In this document: in pieces, positions 15,001-29,300 of the stretch
Numbering within the stretch: position 1 is the first letter of the stretch
How the letters are laid out: the number at the start of each line of letters is the position of its first letter
Assembly (NCBI GenBank): GCA_964016885.1
Contig: OZ024745.1
Location: 84,692,001 to 84,756,000, forward strand
Source: Eledone cirrhosa
Lineage: Eukaryota
Direction: 5' to 3'
Length of the DNA stretch: 64,000 bases
The notes under the pieces: generated by a model
What the model saw: the letters and a program-made list of their open reading frames with translations, nothing else
Databases searched by the model: none
Told to the model about the DNA's origin: nothing
Program-made: the position numbers and the translations under genes

Positions 15001-17340
15001 ACGTCTTTCATATAATTGTTCTGCATCCCCTTGCATAGAACCACAAAGTTACTAAGACAAAACATATATATTTGCTAGCATAGGTATGCATCTGAATACA
15101 TATGTTGGTAGATATACTAATTCTTTATATTTATCTCCAAATTATTTGTTGAGAAAAACTTGCCGAAATTACTACTATGGTTCATGGTAGTAGTTAGGCT
15201 CTTGTCTTATTAGCACTCCACTCTCACTGATTAACCTCAGTGTCACGTGATTGATTCTTTTGAATTTGGCACTGACCAGGTACGCAGTGAATTTTTTCAA
15301 TGTCCTAGAATTTAGTCCCCGCTCGCTTTTTTCCATCCACTGAATTATTTTTATATAAGTTCCCTGTGTCCACGCATTGCCTGGGTGCTTAGCTGAGAAT
15401 AGACTTCCTGATGACGTAAGGATTCTCTATGGGTACGTTACGTAACCATATTTATTCCCTTACAGACACTAATTAGTAGGAGTGAAATATTAGTAAGTAA
15501 GTTAATTTTCATAATTTTGTTATTTTACGTCTTTCATATAATTGTTCTGCATCCCATTGCATAGAACCACAAAGTTACTAAGACAAAACATATATATTTG
15601 CTAGCATAGGTATGCATCTGTATACATATGTTGGTAGATATACTAATTCTTTATATTTTTATCTCCAAATTATTTGTTGAGCAAAACTTGCCGAAATTAC
15701 TACTATGGTTCATGGTGGTAGTTAGGGTCTTGTCTTATTAGCACTCCACTCCTCACTGATTAACCTCAGTGTCACGTGATTGATTCTTTTGAATTTGCCA
15801 CTGACCAAGTAGGCAGTGAATTTTTTCAATGTCCTGGATTTAGTCCCCGCTCGCTTTTTTCCATCCACTGAATTATTTTTATATAAGTTCCCTGTGTCCA
15901 CGTATTGCCTGGGTGCTTAGCTGAGAATAGACTTCCTAATGACGTAAGGATTCTCTATGGGTACGTTACGTAACCATATTAATTCCCTTACAGAAACTAA
16001 TTATTTGGAGTGAAATATATGTAAGTAAGTTAATTTACATAATTTTCTTATTTTACGTCTTTCATATAATTGTTCTGCATCACCTTGCATAGAACCACAA
16101 AGTTACTAAGACAAAACATATATATTTGCTAGCATATGTATGCATCCGTATACATATGTTGGCAGATATACTAATTCTTTATATTTAACTCCAAATTGTT
16201 TGTTGAGAAAAACTTGCCGAAATTACTACTATGGTTCATGGTAGTAGTTAGGCTCTTGTCTTATTAGCACTCCACTCTCACTGATTAACCTCAGTGTCAC
16301 GTGATTGATTCTTTTGAATTTGCCACTGACCAAGTAGGCAGTGAATTATTTCAATGTCCTGGAATTTAGTCCCTGCTCGCTTTTTTCCATCCACTGAATT
16401 ATTTTTATATAAGTTCCCTGTGTCCACGTATTGCCTGGGTGCTTAGCTCAGAATAGACTTCCTGATGACGTAAGGATTCTCTATGGGTACGTTACGTAAC
16501 CATATTTATTCCCTTACAGACACTAATTAGTTGGAGTGAAATATTAGCAAGTAAGTTAATTTTCATAATTTTCTTATTTTAAGTCTTTCATATAATTGTT
16601 CTGCATCCCATTGCATAGAACCACAAAGTTACTAAGACAAAACATATATATTTGCTAGCATAGGTATGCATCTGTATACATATGCTGGTAGATATACTAA
16701 TTCTTTATATTTTTATCTCCAAATTATTTGTTGAGCAAAACTTGCCGAAATTACTACTATGGTTCATGGTGGTAGTTAGGGTCTTGTCTTATTAGCACTC
16801 CACTCCTCACTGATTAACCTCAGTGTCACGTGATTGATTCTTTTGAATTTGCCACTGACCAAGTAGGTAGTGAATTTTTTCAATGTCCTGGATTTAGTCC
16901 CCGCTCGCTTTTTTCCATCCACTCACTGAATTATTTTTATATAAGTTCCCTGTGTCCACGCATTGCCTGGGTGCTTAGCTGAGAATAGACTCCCTGATGA
17001 CGTAAGGATTCTCTATGGGTACGTTACGTAACCATATTTATTCCCTTACAGAAACTAATTAGTTGGAGTGGAATTTTAGTAAGTAAGTTAATTTTCATAA
17101 TTTTCTTATTTTACGTCTTTCATATAATTGTTCTGCATCCCCTTGCATAGAACCACAAAGTTACTAAGACAAAACATATATATTTGCTAGCATAGGTATG
17201 CATCTGTATACATATGTTGGTAGATATACTAATTCTTTATATTTACCTCCAAATTATTTGTTGAGAAAAACTTTCCGAAATTACTACTATGGTTGATGGT
17301 AGTAGTTAGGCTCTTGTCTTATTAGCACTCCACTCCCCAC
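12063..17340 (+). repeat. 5-monomer higher-order duplication (2638-bp period) within satellite 1
   Basis: Rare variants recur 2638 bp apart: tttggcactg, ggaattcagt, tatgctggta (14043/16681), ccactcactg (14281/16919) and ctttccga. Confidence 0.9.
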
Positions 17341-20300
17341 CGTTTAACCTCAATTTCACGTGATTGATTCTTTTGAATTTGCCACTGACCAGGTACGCAG
17401 TGAATTTTTTCAATGTCCTAGAATTTAGTCCCCGCTCGCTTTTTTCAATCCACTGAATTATTTTTATATAAGTTCCCTGTGTCCACGCATTGCCTGAGTG
17501 CTTAGCTGAGAATAGATGCCCCGACGACGTAAGGATTCTGTATGGGTACGTTACGTAACCATATTAATTCCCTTACAGAAACTAATTATTTGGAGTGAAA
17601 TACAAGTAAGTAAGTTAATTTTCATAATTTTCTTATTTTACGTCTTTCATATAATTGTTCTGCATCCCCTTGCATAGAACCACAAAGTTACTAAGACAAA
17701 ACATATATATTTGCTAGCATAGGTATGCATCTGTATACATATGTTGGTAGATATACTAATTCTTTATATTTATCTCCAAATTATTTGTTGAGAAAAACTT
17801 GCCGAAATTACTACTATGGTTCATGGTAGTAGTTAGGCTCTTGTCTTATTAGCACTCCACTCCCCACTGTTTAACCTCAGTTTCACATGATTGATTCTTT
17901 TGAATTTGCCACTGACCAGGTACGCAGTGAATTTTTTCAATGTCCTAGAATTTAGTCCCCGCTCGCTTTTTTCCATCCACTGAATTATTTTTATATAAGT
18001 TCCCTGTGTCCACGCATTGCCTGAGTGCTTAGCTGAGAATAGACTTCCTGATGACGTAAGGATTCTCTATGGGTACGTTACGTAACCATATTTATTCCCT
18101 TACAGACACTAATTAGTTGGAGTGAAATATTAGTAAGTAAGTTAATTTTCATAATTTTCTTATTTTACGTCTTTCATATAATTGTTCTGCATCCCATTGC
18201 ATAGAACCACAAAGTTACTAAGACAAAACATATATATTTGCTAGCATAGGTATGCATCTGTATACATATGTTGGTAGATATACTAATTCTTTATATTTTT
18301 ATCTCCAAATTATTTGTTGAGCAAAACTTGCCGAAATTACTACTATGGTTCATGGTGGTAGTTAGGGTCTTCTCTTATTAGCACTCCACTCCTCACTGAT
18401 TAACTTCAGTGTCACGTGATTGATTCTTTTGAATTTGCCACTGACCAAGTAGGCAGTGAATTTTTTTAATGTCCTGGAATTTAGTCCCTGCTCGCTTTTT
18501 TCCATCCACAGAATTATTATTATATAAGTTCCCTGTGTCCACGCATTGCCTGGGTGCTTAGCTGAGAATAGACTCCCTGATGACGTAAGGATTCTCTATG
18601 GGTACGTTACGTAACCATATTAATTCCCTTACAGAAACTAATTATTTGGAGTGAAATATATGTAAGTAAGTTAATTTCATAATTTTCTTATTTTACGTCT
18701 TTCATATAATTGTTCTGCATCACCTTGCATAGAACCACAAAGTTACTAAGACAAAACATATATATTTGCTAGCATATGTATGCATCCGTATACATATGTT
18801 GGCAGATATACTAATTCTTTATATTTAACTCCAAATTGTTTGTTGAGAAAAACTTACCGAAATTACTACTATGGTTCATGGTAGTAGTTAGGCTCTTGTC
18901 CTATTAGCACTCCACTCTCACTGATTAACCTCAGTGTCACGTGATTGATTCTTTTGAATTTGCCACTGACCAAGTAGGCAGTGAATTTTTTCAATGTCCT
19001 GGAATTTAGTCCCCGCTCGCTTTTTTCCATCCACTGAATTATTTTTATATAAGTTCCCTGTGTCCACGCATTGCCTGGGTGCTTAGCTGAGAATAGACTC
19101 GCTGATGACGTAAGGATTCTCTATGGGTACGTTACGTAACCATATTTATTCCCTTACAGAAACTAATTAGTGGGAGTGAAATATTAGTAAGTTAATTTTC
19201 ATAATTTTCTTATTTTACATCTTTCATATAATTGTTCTGCATCCCCTTGCATAGAACCACAAAGTTACTAAGACAAAACATATATATTTGCTAGCATAGG
19301 TATGCATCTGTATACATATGTTGGTAGATATACTAATTCTTTATATTTATCTCCAAATTATTTGTTGAGAAAAACTTGCCGAAATTACTACTATGGTTCA
19401 TGGTAGTAGTTAGGCTCTTGTCTTATTAGCAATCCACTCCCCACTGTTTAACCTCAGTTTCACGTGATTGATTCTTTTGAATTTGCCACTGACCAGGTAC
19501 GCAGTGAATTTTTTCAATGTCCTAGAATTTAGACCCGCTCGCTTTTTTCCATCCACTGAATTATTTTTATATAAGTTCCCTGTGTCCACGCATTGCCTGA
19601 GTGCTTAGCTGAGAATAGACTCGCCGATGACGTAAGGATTCTCTATGGGTACGTTACGTAACCATATTTATTCCCTTACAGACACTAATTAGTTGGAGTG
19701 AAATATTAGTAAGTAAGTTAATTTTCATAATTTTCTTATTTTACGTCTTTCATATAATTGTTCTGCATCCCCTTGCATAGAACCACGAAGTTACGAAGAC
19801 AAAACATATATATTTGCTAGCATAGGTATGCATCTGTATACATATTTTGGTAGATATACTAATTCTTTGTATTTATCTCCGAATTATTTGTTGAGAAAAA
19901 TTTGCCGAAATTACTACTATGGTTCATGGTGGTAGTTAGGGTCTTGTCTTATTTGCACTACACTCTCACTGATTAACCTCAGTTTCACGTGATTGATTCT
20001 TTGGAATTTGCCACTGACCAGGTACGCAGTGAATTTTTTCAATGTCCTAGAATTTAGTCCCCGCTCGCTTTTTTCAATCCACTGAATTATTTTTATATAA
20101 GTTCCCTGTGTCCACGCATTGCCTGAGTGCTTAGCTGAGAATAGACTCCCCGACGACGTAAGGTTTCTCTATGGGTACGTTACGTAACCATATTAATTCC
20201 CTTACAGAAACTAATTAGTGGGAGTGAAATATTAGTAAGTAAGTTAATTTTCATAATTTTCTTATTTTACATCTTTCATATAATTGTTCTGCATCCCCTT

Positions 20301-23300
20301 GCATAGAACCACAAAGTTACTAAGACAAAACATATATATTTGCTAGCATATGTATGCATCCGTATACATATGTTGGCAGATATACTAATTCTTTATATTT
20401 ATCTCCAAATTGTTTGTTGAGAAAAACTTGCCGAAATTTCTACTATGGTTCATGGTAGTAGTTAGACTCTTGTCTTATTAGCACTCCACTCTCACTGATT
20501 AACCTCAGTGTCACGTGATTGATTCTTTTGAATTTGCCACTGACCAAGTAGGCAGTGAATTTTTTCAATGTCCTGGAATTTAGTTCCCGCTCGCTTTTTT
20601 CCATCCACTGAATTATTTTTATATAAGTTCCCTGTGTCCACGCATTGCCTGGGTGCTTAGATGAGAATAGACTCCCTGATGACGTAAGGATTCTCTATGG
20701 GTACGTTACGTAACCATATTTATTCCCTTACAGAAAATAATTAGTTGGAGTGGAATTTTAGTAAGTAAGTTAATTTTTATAATTTTCTTATTTTACGTCT
20801 TTCATATAATTATTCTGCATCCCCTTGCATAGAACCACAAAGTTACTAAGACAAAACATATATATTTGCTAGCATAGGTATGCATCTGTATACATATGTT
20901 GGTAGATATACTAATTCTTTATATTTATCTCCAAATTATTTGTTGAGCAAAACTTGTCGAAATTACTACTATGGTTCATGGTAGTAGTTAGGCTCTTGTC
21001 TTATTAGCACTCCATTCCCCACTGTTTAACCTCAGTTTCACGTGATTGATTCTTTTGAATTTGCCACTGACCAGGTACGCAGTGAATTTTTTCAATGTCC
21101 TTGAATTTAGACCCGCTCGCTTTTTTCCATCCACTGAATTATTTTTATATAAGTTCCCTGTGTCCACGCATTGCCTGAGTGCTTAGCTGAGAATAGACTC
21201 CCCGATGACGTAAGGATTCTCTATCGGTACGTTACGTAGCCATATTAATTACCTTACAGAAACTAATTATTTGGAGTGAAATATAAGTAAGTAAGTTAAT
21301 TTTCATAATTTTCTTATTTTACGGCTTTCATATAATTGTTCTGCATCCCATTGCATAGAACCACAAAGTTACTAAGACAAAACATATATATTTGCTAGCA
21401 TATGTATGCATCCGTATACATATGTTGGCAGATATACTAATTCTTTATATTTACCTCCAAATTATTTGTTGAGAAAAACTTGCCGAAATTACTACTATGG
21501 TTCATGGTAGTAGTTAGGCTCTTGTCTTATTAGCACTCCACTCTCACTGATTAACCTCAGTGTCATGTGATTGATTCTTTTGAATTTGCCACTGACCAAG
21601 TAGGGAGTGAATTTTTTCAATGTCCTGGAATTTAGTCCCCGCTCTCTTTTCTCCATCCACCGAATTATTTTTATATAAGTTCCCTGTGTCCACGCATTGC
21701 CTGGGTGCTTAGATGAGAATAGACTCCCTGATGACGTAAGGATTCTCTATGGGTACGTTACGTAACCTTATTTATTCCCTTACAGAAACTTATTAGTTGG
21801 AGTGGAATTTTAGTAAGTAAGTTAATTTTCATAATTTTCTTATTTTACGTCTTTCATATAATTGTTCTGCATCCCTTGCATAGAACCACAAAGTTACTAA
21901 GACAAAACATATATATTTGCTAGCATATGTATGCATCTGTATACATATGTTGGTAGATATACTAATTCTTTATATTAACTCCAAATTATCTGTTGAGAAA
22001 AACTTGCCGAAATTACTACTATGGTTCATGGTAGTAGTTAGGCTCTTGTCTTATTAGCACTCCACTCCCCACTGTTTAACCTCAGTTTCACGTGATTGAT
22101 TCTTTTGAATTTGCCACTGACCAGGTACGCAGTGAATTTTTTCAATGTCCTAGAATTTAGTCCCCGCTCGCGTTTTTCCATCCACTGAATTATTTTTATA
22201 TAAGTTCCCTGTGTCCACGCATTGCCTGAGTGCTTAGCTGAGAATAGACTTCCTGATGACGTAAGGATTCTCTATGGGTACGTTACGTAACCATATTAAT
22301 TCCCTTACAGAAACTAATTAATTGGCTTGAAATATAAATCAGTAAGTAAATTTTCATAATTTTCTTATTTTACGGCTTTCATATAATTGTTCTGCATCCC
22401 ATTGTATAGAACCACAAAGTTACTAAGACAAAACATATATATTTGCTAGCATATGTATGCATCCGTATACATATGTTGGCAGATATACTAATTCTTTATA
22501 TTTATCTCCAAATTATTTTTGAGAAAAACTTGCCGAAATTACTACTATGGTTCATGGTAGTAGTTAGGCTCTTGTCTTATTAGCACTCCACTCTCACTGA
22601 TTAACCTCAGTGTCACGTGATTGATTCTTTTGAATTTACCACTGACCAAGTAGGCAGTGAATTTTTTCAATGTCCTGGAATTTAGTCCCTGCTCGCTTTT
22701 TTCCATCCACTGAATTATTTTATATAAGTTCCCTGTGTCCACGTATTGCCTGGGTGCTTAGCTCAGAATAGACATCCTGATGACGTAAGGATTCTCTATG
22801 GGTACGTTACGTAACCATATTTATTCCCTTACAGAAACTAATTAGTTGGAGTGGAATTTTAGTAAGTAAGTTAATTTCATAATTTTCTTATTTTACGTCT
22901 TTCATATAATTGTTCTGCATCCCATTGCACAGAACCACAAAGTTACTAACACAAAACATATATATTTGCTCGCATATGTATGCATCCGTATACATATGTT
23001 GGCAGATATACTAATTCTTTATATTTATCTCCAAATTATTTGTTGAGAAAAACTTGCCGAAATTACTACTATGGTTCATGGTAGTAGTTAGGCTCTTGTC
23101 TTATTAGCACTCCACTCTCACTGATTAACCTCAGTTTCACGTGATTGATTCTTTTGAATTTGCCACTGACCAGGTACGCAGTGAATTTTTTCAATGTCCT
23201 AGAATTTAGTCCCCGCTCGCTTTTTTCAATCCACTGAATTATTTTTATATAAGTTCCCTGTGTCCACGCATTGCCTGAGTGCTTAGCTGAGAATAGACTT

Positions 23301-26300
23301 CCTGATGACGTAAGGATTCTCTATCGGTACGTTACGTAACCATATTTATTCCCTTACAGACACTAATTATTTGGAGTGAAATATAAGTAAGTAAGTTAAT
23401 TTTCATAATTTTCTTATTTTACGGCTTTCATATAATTGTTCTGCATCCCATTGCATAGAACCACAAAGTTACTAAGACAAAACATATATATTTGCTAGCA
23501 TATGTATGCATCCGTATACATATGTTGGCAGATATACTAATTCTTTATATTTATCTCCAAATTATTTGTTGACAAAAACTTGCCGAAATTACTACTATGG
23601 TTCATGGTAGCAGTTAGGCTCTTGTCTTATTAGCACTCCACTCTTACTGATTAACCTCAGTGTCACGTGATTGATTCTTTTGAATTTGCCACTGACCAAG
23701 CAGGCAGTGAATTTTTTCAATGTCCTGGAATTTAGTCCCCGCTCGCTTTTTTCCATTCACTGAATTATTTTTATATAAGTTCCCTGTGTCCACGCATTGC
23801 CTGGGTGCTTAGATGAGAATAGACTCCCTGATGACGTAAGGATTCTCTATGGGTACGTTACGTAACCATATTTATTCCCTTACAGAAACTAATTAGTTGG
23901 AGTGGAATTTTAGTAAGTAAGTTAATTTTTATAATTTTATTATTTTACGTCTTTCATATAATTGTTCTGCATCCCCTTGCATAGAACCACAAAGTTACTA
24001 AGACAAAACATATATATTTGCTAGCATAGGTATGCATCTGTATACATATGTTGGTAGATATACTAATTCTTTATATTTATCTCCAAATTATTTGTTGAGA
24101 AAAACTTGCCGAAATTACTACTATGGTTCATGGTAGTAGTTAGGCTCTTGTCTTATTAGCACTCCACTCCCCACTGTTTAACCTCAGTTTCACGTGATTG
24201 ATTCTTTTGAATTTGCCACTGACCAGGTACGCAGTGAATTTTTTCAATGTCCTAGAATTTAGACCCGCTCGCTTTTTTCCATCCACTGAATTATTTTTAT
24301 ATAAGTTCCCTGTGTCCACGCATTGCCTGAGTGCTTAGCTGTGAATAGACTCCCCGATGACGTAAGGATTCTCTATGGGTATGTTACGTAACCATATTTA
24401 TTCCCTTACAGACACTAATTAGTTGGAGTGAAATATTAGTAAGTAAGTTAATTTTCATAATTTTCTTATTTTACGTCTTTCATATAATTGTTCTGCATCC
24501 CCTTGCATAGAACCACAAAGTTACGAAGACAAAACATATATATTTGCTAGCATAGGTATGCATCTGTATACATATGTTGGTAGATATACTAATTCTTTGT
24601 ATTTATCTCCGAATTATTTGTTGAGAAAAACTTGCCGAAATTACTACTATGGTTCATGGTGGTAGTTAGGGTCTTGTCTTATTAGCACTCCACTCTCACT
24701 GATTAACCTCAGTTTCACGTGATTGATTCTTTTGAATTTGCCACTGACCAGGTACTCAGTGAATTTTTTCAATGTCCTAGAATTTAGTCCCCGCTCGCTT
24801 TTTTCCATCCACTGAATTATTTTTATATAAGTTCCCTGTGTCCACGCATTGCCTGAGTGCTTAGCTGAGAATAGACTTCCTGATGACGTAAGGATTCTCT
24901 CGGTACGTTACGTAACCATATTTATTCCCTTACAGACACTAATTAGTTGGAGTGAAATATTAGTAAGTAAGTTAATTTTCATAATTTTCTTATTTTACGG
25001 CTTTCATATGATTGTTCTGCATCCCATTGCATAGAACCACAAAGTTACTAAGACAAAACATATATATTTGCTAGCATATGTATGCATCCGTATACATATG
25101 TTGGCAGATATACTAATTCTTTATATTTATCTCCAAATTATTTGTTGAGAAAAACTTGCCGAAATTACTACTATGGTTCATGGTAGTAGTTAGGCTCTTG
25201 TCTTATTAGCACTCCACTCTCACTGATTAACCTCAGTTTCACGTGATTGATTCTTTTGAATTTGCCACTGACCAGGTACGCAGTGAATTTTTTCAATGTC
25301 CTAGAATTTAGTCCCCGCTCGCTTTTTTCAATCCACTGAATTATTTTTATATAAGTTCCCTGTGTCCACGCATTGCCTGAGTGCTTAGCTGAGAATAGAC
25401 TCCCCGACGACGTAAGGTTTCTCTATGGGTACGTTACGTAACCATATTAATTCCCTTACAGAAACTAATTAGTGGGAGTGAAATATTAGTAAGTAAGTTA
25501 ATTTTCATAATTTTCTTATTTTACATCTTTCATATAATTGTTCTGCATCACCTTGCATTGAACCACAAAGTTACTAAGACAAAACATATATATTTGCTAG
25601 CATATGTATGCATCCGTATACATATGTTGGCAGATATACTAATTCTTTATATTTAACTCCAAATTGTTTGTTGAGAAAAACTTGCCGAAATTACTACTAT
25701 GGTTCATGGTAGTAGTTAGGCTCTTGTCCTATTAGCACTCCACTCTCACTGATTAACCTCAGTGTCACGTGATTGATTCTTTTGAATTTGCCACTGACCA
25801 AGTAGGCAGTGAATTTTTTCAATGTCCTGGAATTTAGTCCCCGCTCGCTTTTTTCCATCCACTGAATTATTTTTATATAAGTTCCCTGTGTCCACGCATT
25901 GCCTGGGTGCTTAGCTGAGAATAGACTCGCTGATGACGTAAGGATTCTCTATGGGTACGTTACGTAACCATATTTATTCCCTTACAGAAACTAATTAGTG
26001 GGAGTGAAATATTAGTAAGTTAATTTTCATAATTTTCTTATTTTACATCTTTCATATAATTGTTCTGCATCCCCTTGCATAGAACCACAAAGTTACTGAG
26101 ACAAAACATATATATTTGCTAGCATATGTATGCATCCGTATACATATGTTGGCAGATATACTAATTCTTTATATTTATCTCCAAATTGTTCGTTGAGAAA
26201 AACTTGCCGAAATTACTACTATGGTTCATGGTAGTAGTTAGGCTCTTGTCTTATTAGCACTCCACTCTCACTGATTAACCTCAGTGTCACGTGATTGATT

Positions 26301-29300
26301 CTTTTGAATTTGCCACTGACCAAGTAGGCAGTGAATTTTTTCAATGTCCTGGAATTTAGTCCCCGCTCGCTTTTTTCCATCCACTGAATTATTTTTATAT
26401 AAGTTCCCTGTGTCCACGCATTGCCTGGGTGCTTAGATGAGAATAGACTCCCTGATGACGTAAGGATTCTCTATGGGTACGTTACGTAACCATATTTATT
26501 CCCTTACAGAAACTAATTAGTTGGAGTGGAATTTTAGTAAGTAAGTTAATTTTTATAATTTTATTATTTTACGTCTTTCATATAATTGTTCTGCATCCCC
26601 TTGCATAGAACCACAAAGTTACTAAGACAAAACATATATATTTGCTAGCATAGGTATGCATCTGTATACATATGTTGGTAGATATACTAATTCTTTATAT
26701 TTATCTCCAAATTATTTGTTGAGAAAAACTTGCCGAAATTACTACTATGGTTCATGGTAGTAGTTAGGCTCTTGTCTTATTAGCAATCCACTCCCCACTG
26801 TTTAACCTCAGTTTCACGTGATTGATTCTTTTGAATTTGCCACTGACCAGGTACGCAGTGAATTTTTTCAATGTCCTAGAATTTAGACCCGCTCGCTTTT
26901 TTCCATCCACTGAATTATTTTTATATAAGTTCCCTGTGTCCACGCATTGCCTGAGTGCTTAGCTGAGAATAGACTCCCCGATGACGTAAGGATTCTCTAT
27001 GGGTACGTTACGTAACCATATTTATTCCCTTACAGACACTAATTAGTTGGAGTGAAATATTAGTAAGTAAGTTAATTTTCATAATTTTCTTATTTTACGT
27101 CTTTCATATAATTGTTCTGCATCCCCTTGCATAGAACCACGAAGTTACGAAGACAAAACATATATATTTGCTAGCATAGGTATGCATCTGTATACATATT
27201 TTGGTAGATATACTAATTCTTTGTATTTATCTCCGAATTATTTGTTGAGAAAAATTTGCCGAAATTACTACTATGGTTCATGGTGGTAGTTAGGGTCTTG
27301 TCTTATTAGCACTCCACTCTCACTGATTAACCTCAGTTTCACGTGATTGATTCTTTGGAATTTGCCACTGACCAGGTACGCAGTGAATTTTTTCAATGTC
27401 CTAGAATTTAGTCCCCGCTCGCTTTTTTCAATCCACTGAATTATTTTTATATAAGTTCCCTGTGTCCACGCATTGCCTGAGTGCTTAGCTGAGAATAGAC
27501 TCCCCGACGACGTAAGGTTTCTCTATGGGTACGTTACGTAACCATATTAATTCCCTTACAGAAACTAATTAGTGGGAGTGAAATATTAGTAAGTAAGTTA
27601 ATTTTCATAATTTTCTTATTTTACATCTTTAATATAATTGTTCTGCATCCCCTTGCATAGAACCACAAAGTTACTAAGACAAAACATATATATTTGCTAG
27701 CATATGTATGCATCCGTATACATATGTTGGCAGATATACTAATTCTTTATATTTATCTCCAAATTGTTTGTTGAGAAAAACTTGCCGAAATTTCTACTAT
27801 GGTTCATGGTAGTAGTTAGGCTCTTGTCTTATTAGCACTCCATTCCCCACTGTTTAACCTCAGTTTCACGTGATTGATTCTTTTGAATTTGCCACTGACC
27901 AGGTACGCAGTGAATTTTTTCAATGTCCTTGAATTTAGACCCGCTCGCTTTTTTCCATCCACTGAATTATTTTTATATAAGTTCCCTGTGTCCACGCATT
28001 GCCTGAGTGCTTAGCTGAGAATAGACTCCCCGATGACGTAAGGATTCTCTATCGGTACGTTACGTAGCCATATTAATTACCTTACAGAAACTAATTATTT
28101 GGAGTGAAATATAAGTAAGTAAGTTAATTTTCATAATTTTCTTATTTTACGTCTTTCATATAATTGTTCTGCATCCCATTGCATAGAACCACAAAGTTAC
28201 TAAGACAAAACATATATATTTGCTAGCATATGTATGCATCCGTTTACATATGTTGGCAGATATACTAATTCTTTATATTTATCTCCAAATTATTTGTTGA
28301 GAAAAGCTTGCGGAAATTACTACTATGGTTCATGGTAGTAGTTAGGCTCTTGTCTTATTAGCACTCCACTCTCACTGATTAACCTCAGTGTCACGTGATT
28401 GATTCTTTTGAATTTGCCACTGACCAAGTAGGGAGTGAATTTTTTCAATGTCCTGGAATTTAGTCCCCGCTCTCTTTTTTCCATCCACTGAATTATTTTT
28501 TATATAAGTTCCCTGTGTCCACGCATTGCCTGGGTGCTTAGCTGAGAATAGACTCCCTGATGACGTAAGGATTCTCTATGGGTACGTTACGTAACCATAT
28601 TTATTCCCTTACAGAAACTAATTAGTTGGAGTGGAATTTTAGTAAGTAAGTTAATTTTCATAATTTTCTTATTTTACGTCTTTCATATAATTGTTCTGCA
28701 TCCCCTTGCATAGAACCACAAAGTTACTAAACAAAACATATATATTTGCTAGCATAGGTATGCATCTGTATACATATGTTGGTAGATATACTAATTCTTT
28801 ATATTTATCTCCAAATTATTTGCTGAGCAAAACTTGTCGAAATTACTACTATGGTTCATGGTGATAGTTAGGGTCTTGTCTTATTAGCACTCCACTCCTC
28901 ACTGATTAACCTCAGTGTCACGTGATTGATTCTTTTGAATTTGCCACTGACAAAGTAGTCAGTGAATTTTTTCAATGTCCTGGAATTTAGTCCCCGCTCG
29001 CTTTTTTCCATCCACTGAATTATTTTTATATAAGTTCCCTGTGTCCACGCATTGCCTGGGTGCTTAGCTGAGAATAGACTCGCTGATGACGTAAGGATTC
29101 TCTATGGGTACGTTACGTAACCATATTTATTCCTTTACAGAAACTAATTAGTGGGAGTGAAATATTAGTAAGTTAATTTTCATAATTTTCTTATTTTACA
29201 TCTTTCATATAATTGTTCTGCATCCCCTTGCATAGAACCACAATGTTACTAAGACAAAACATATATATTTGCTAGCATATGTATGCATCCGTATACATAT

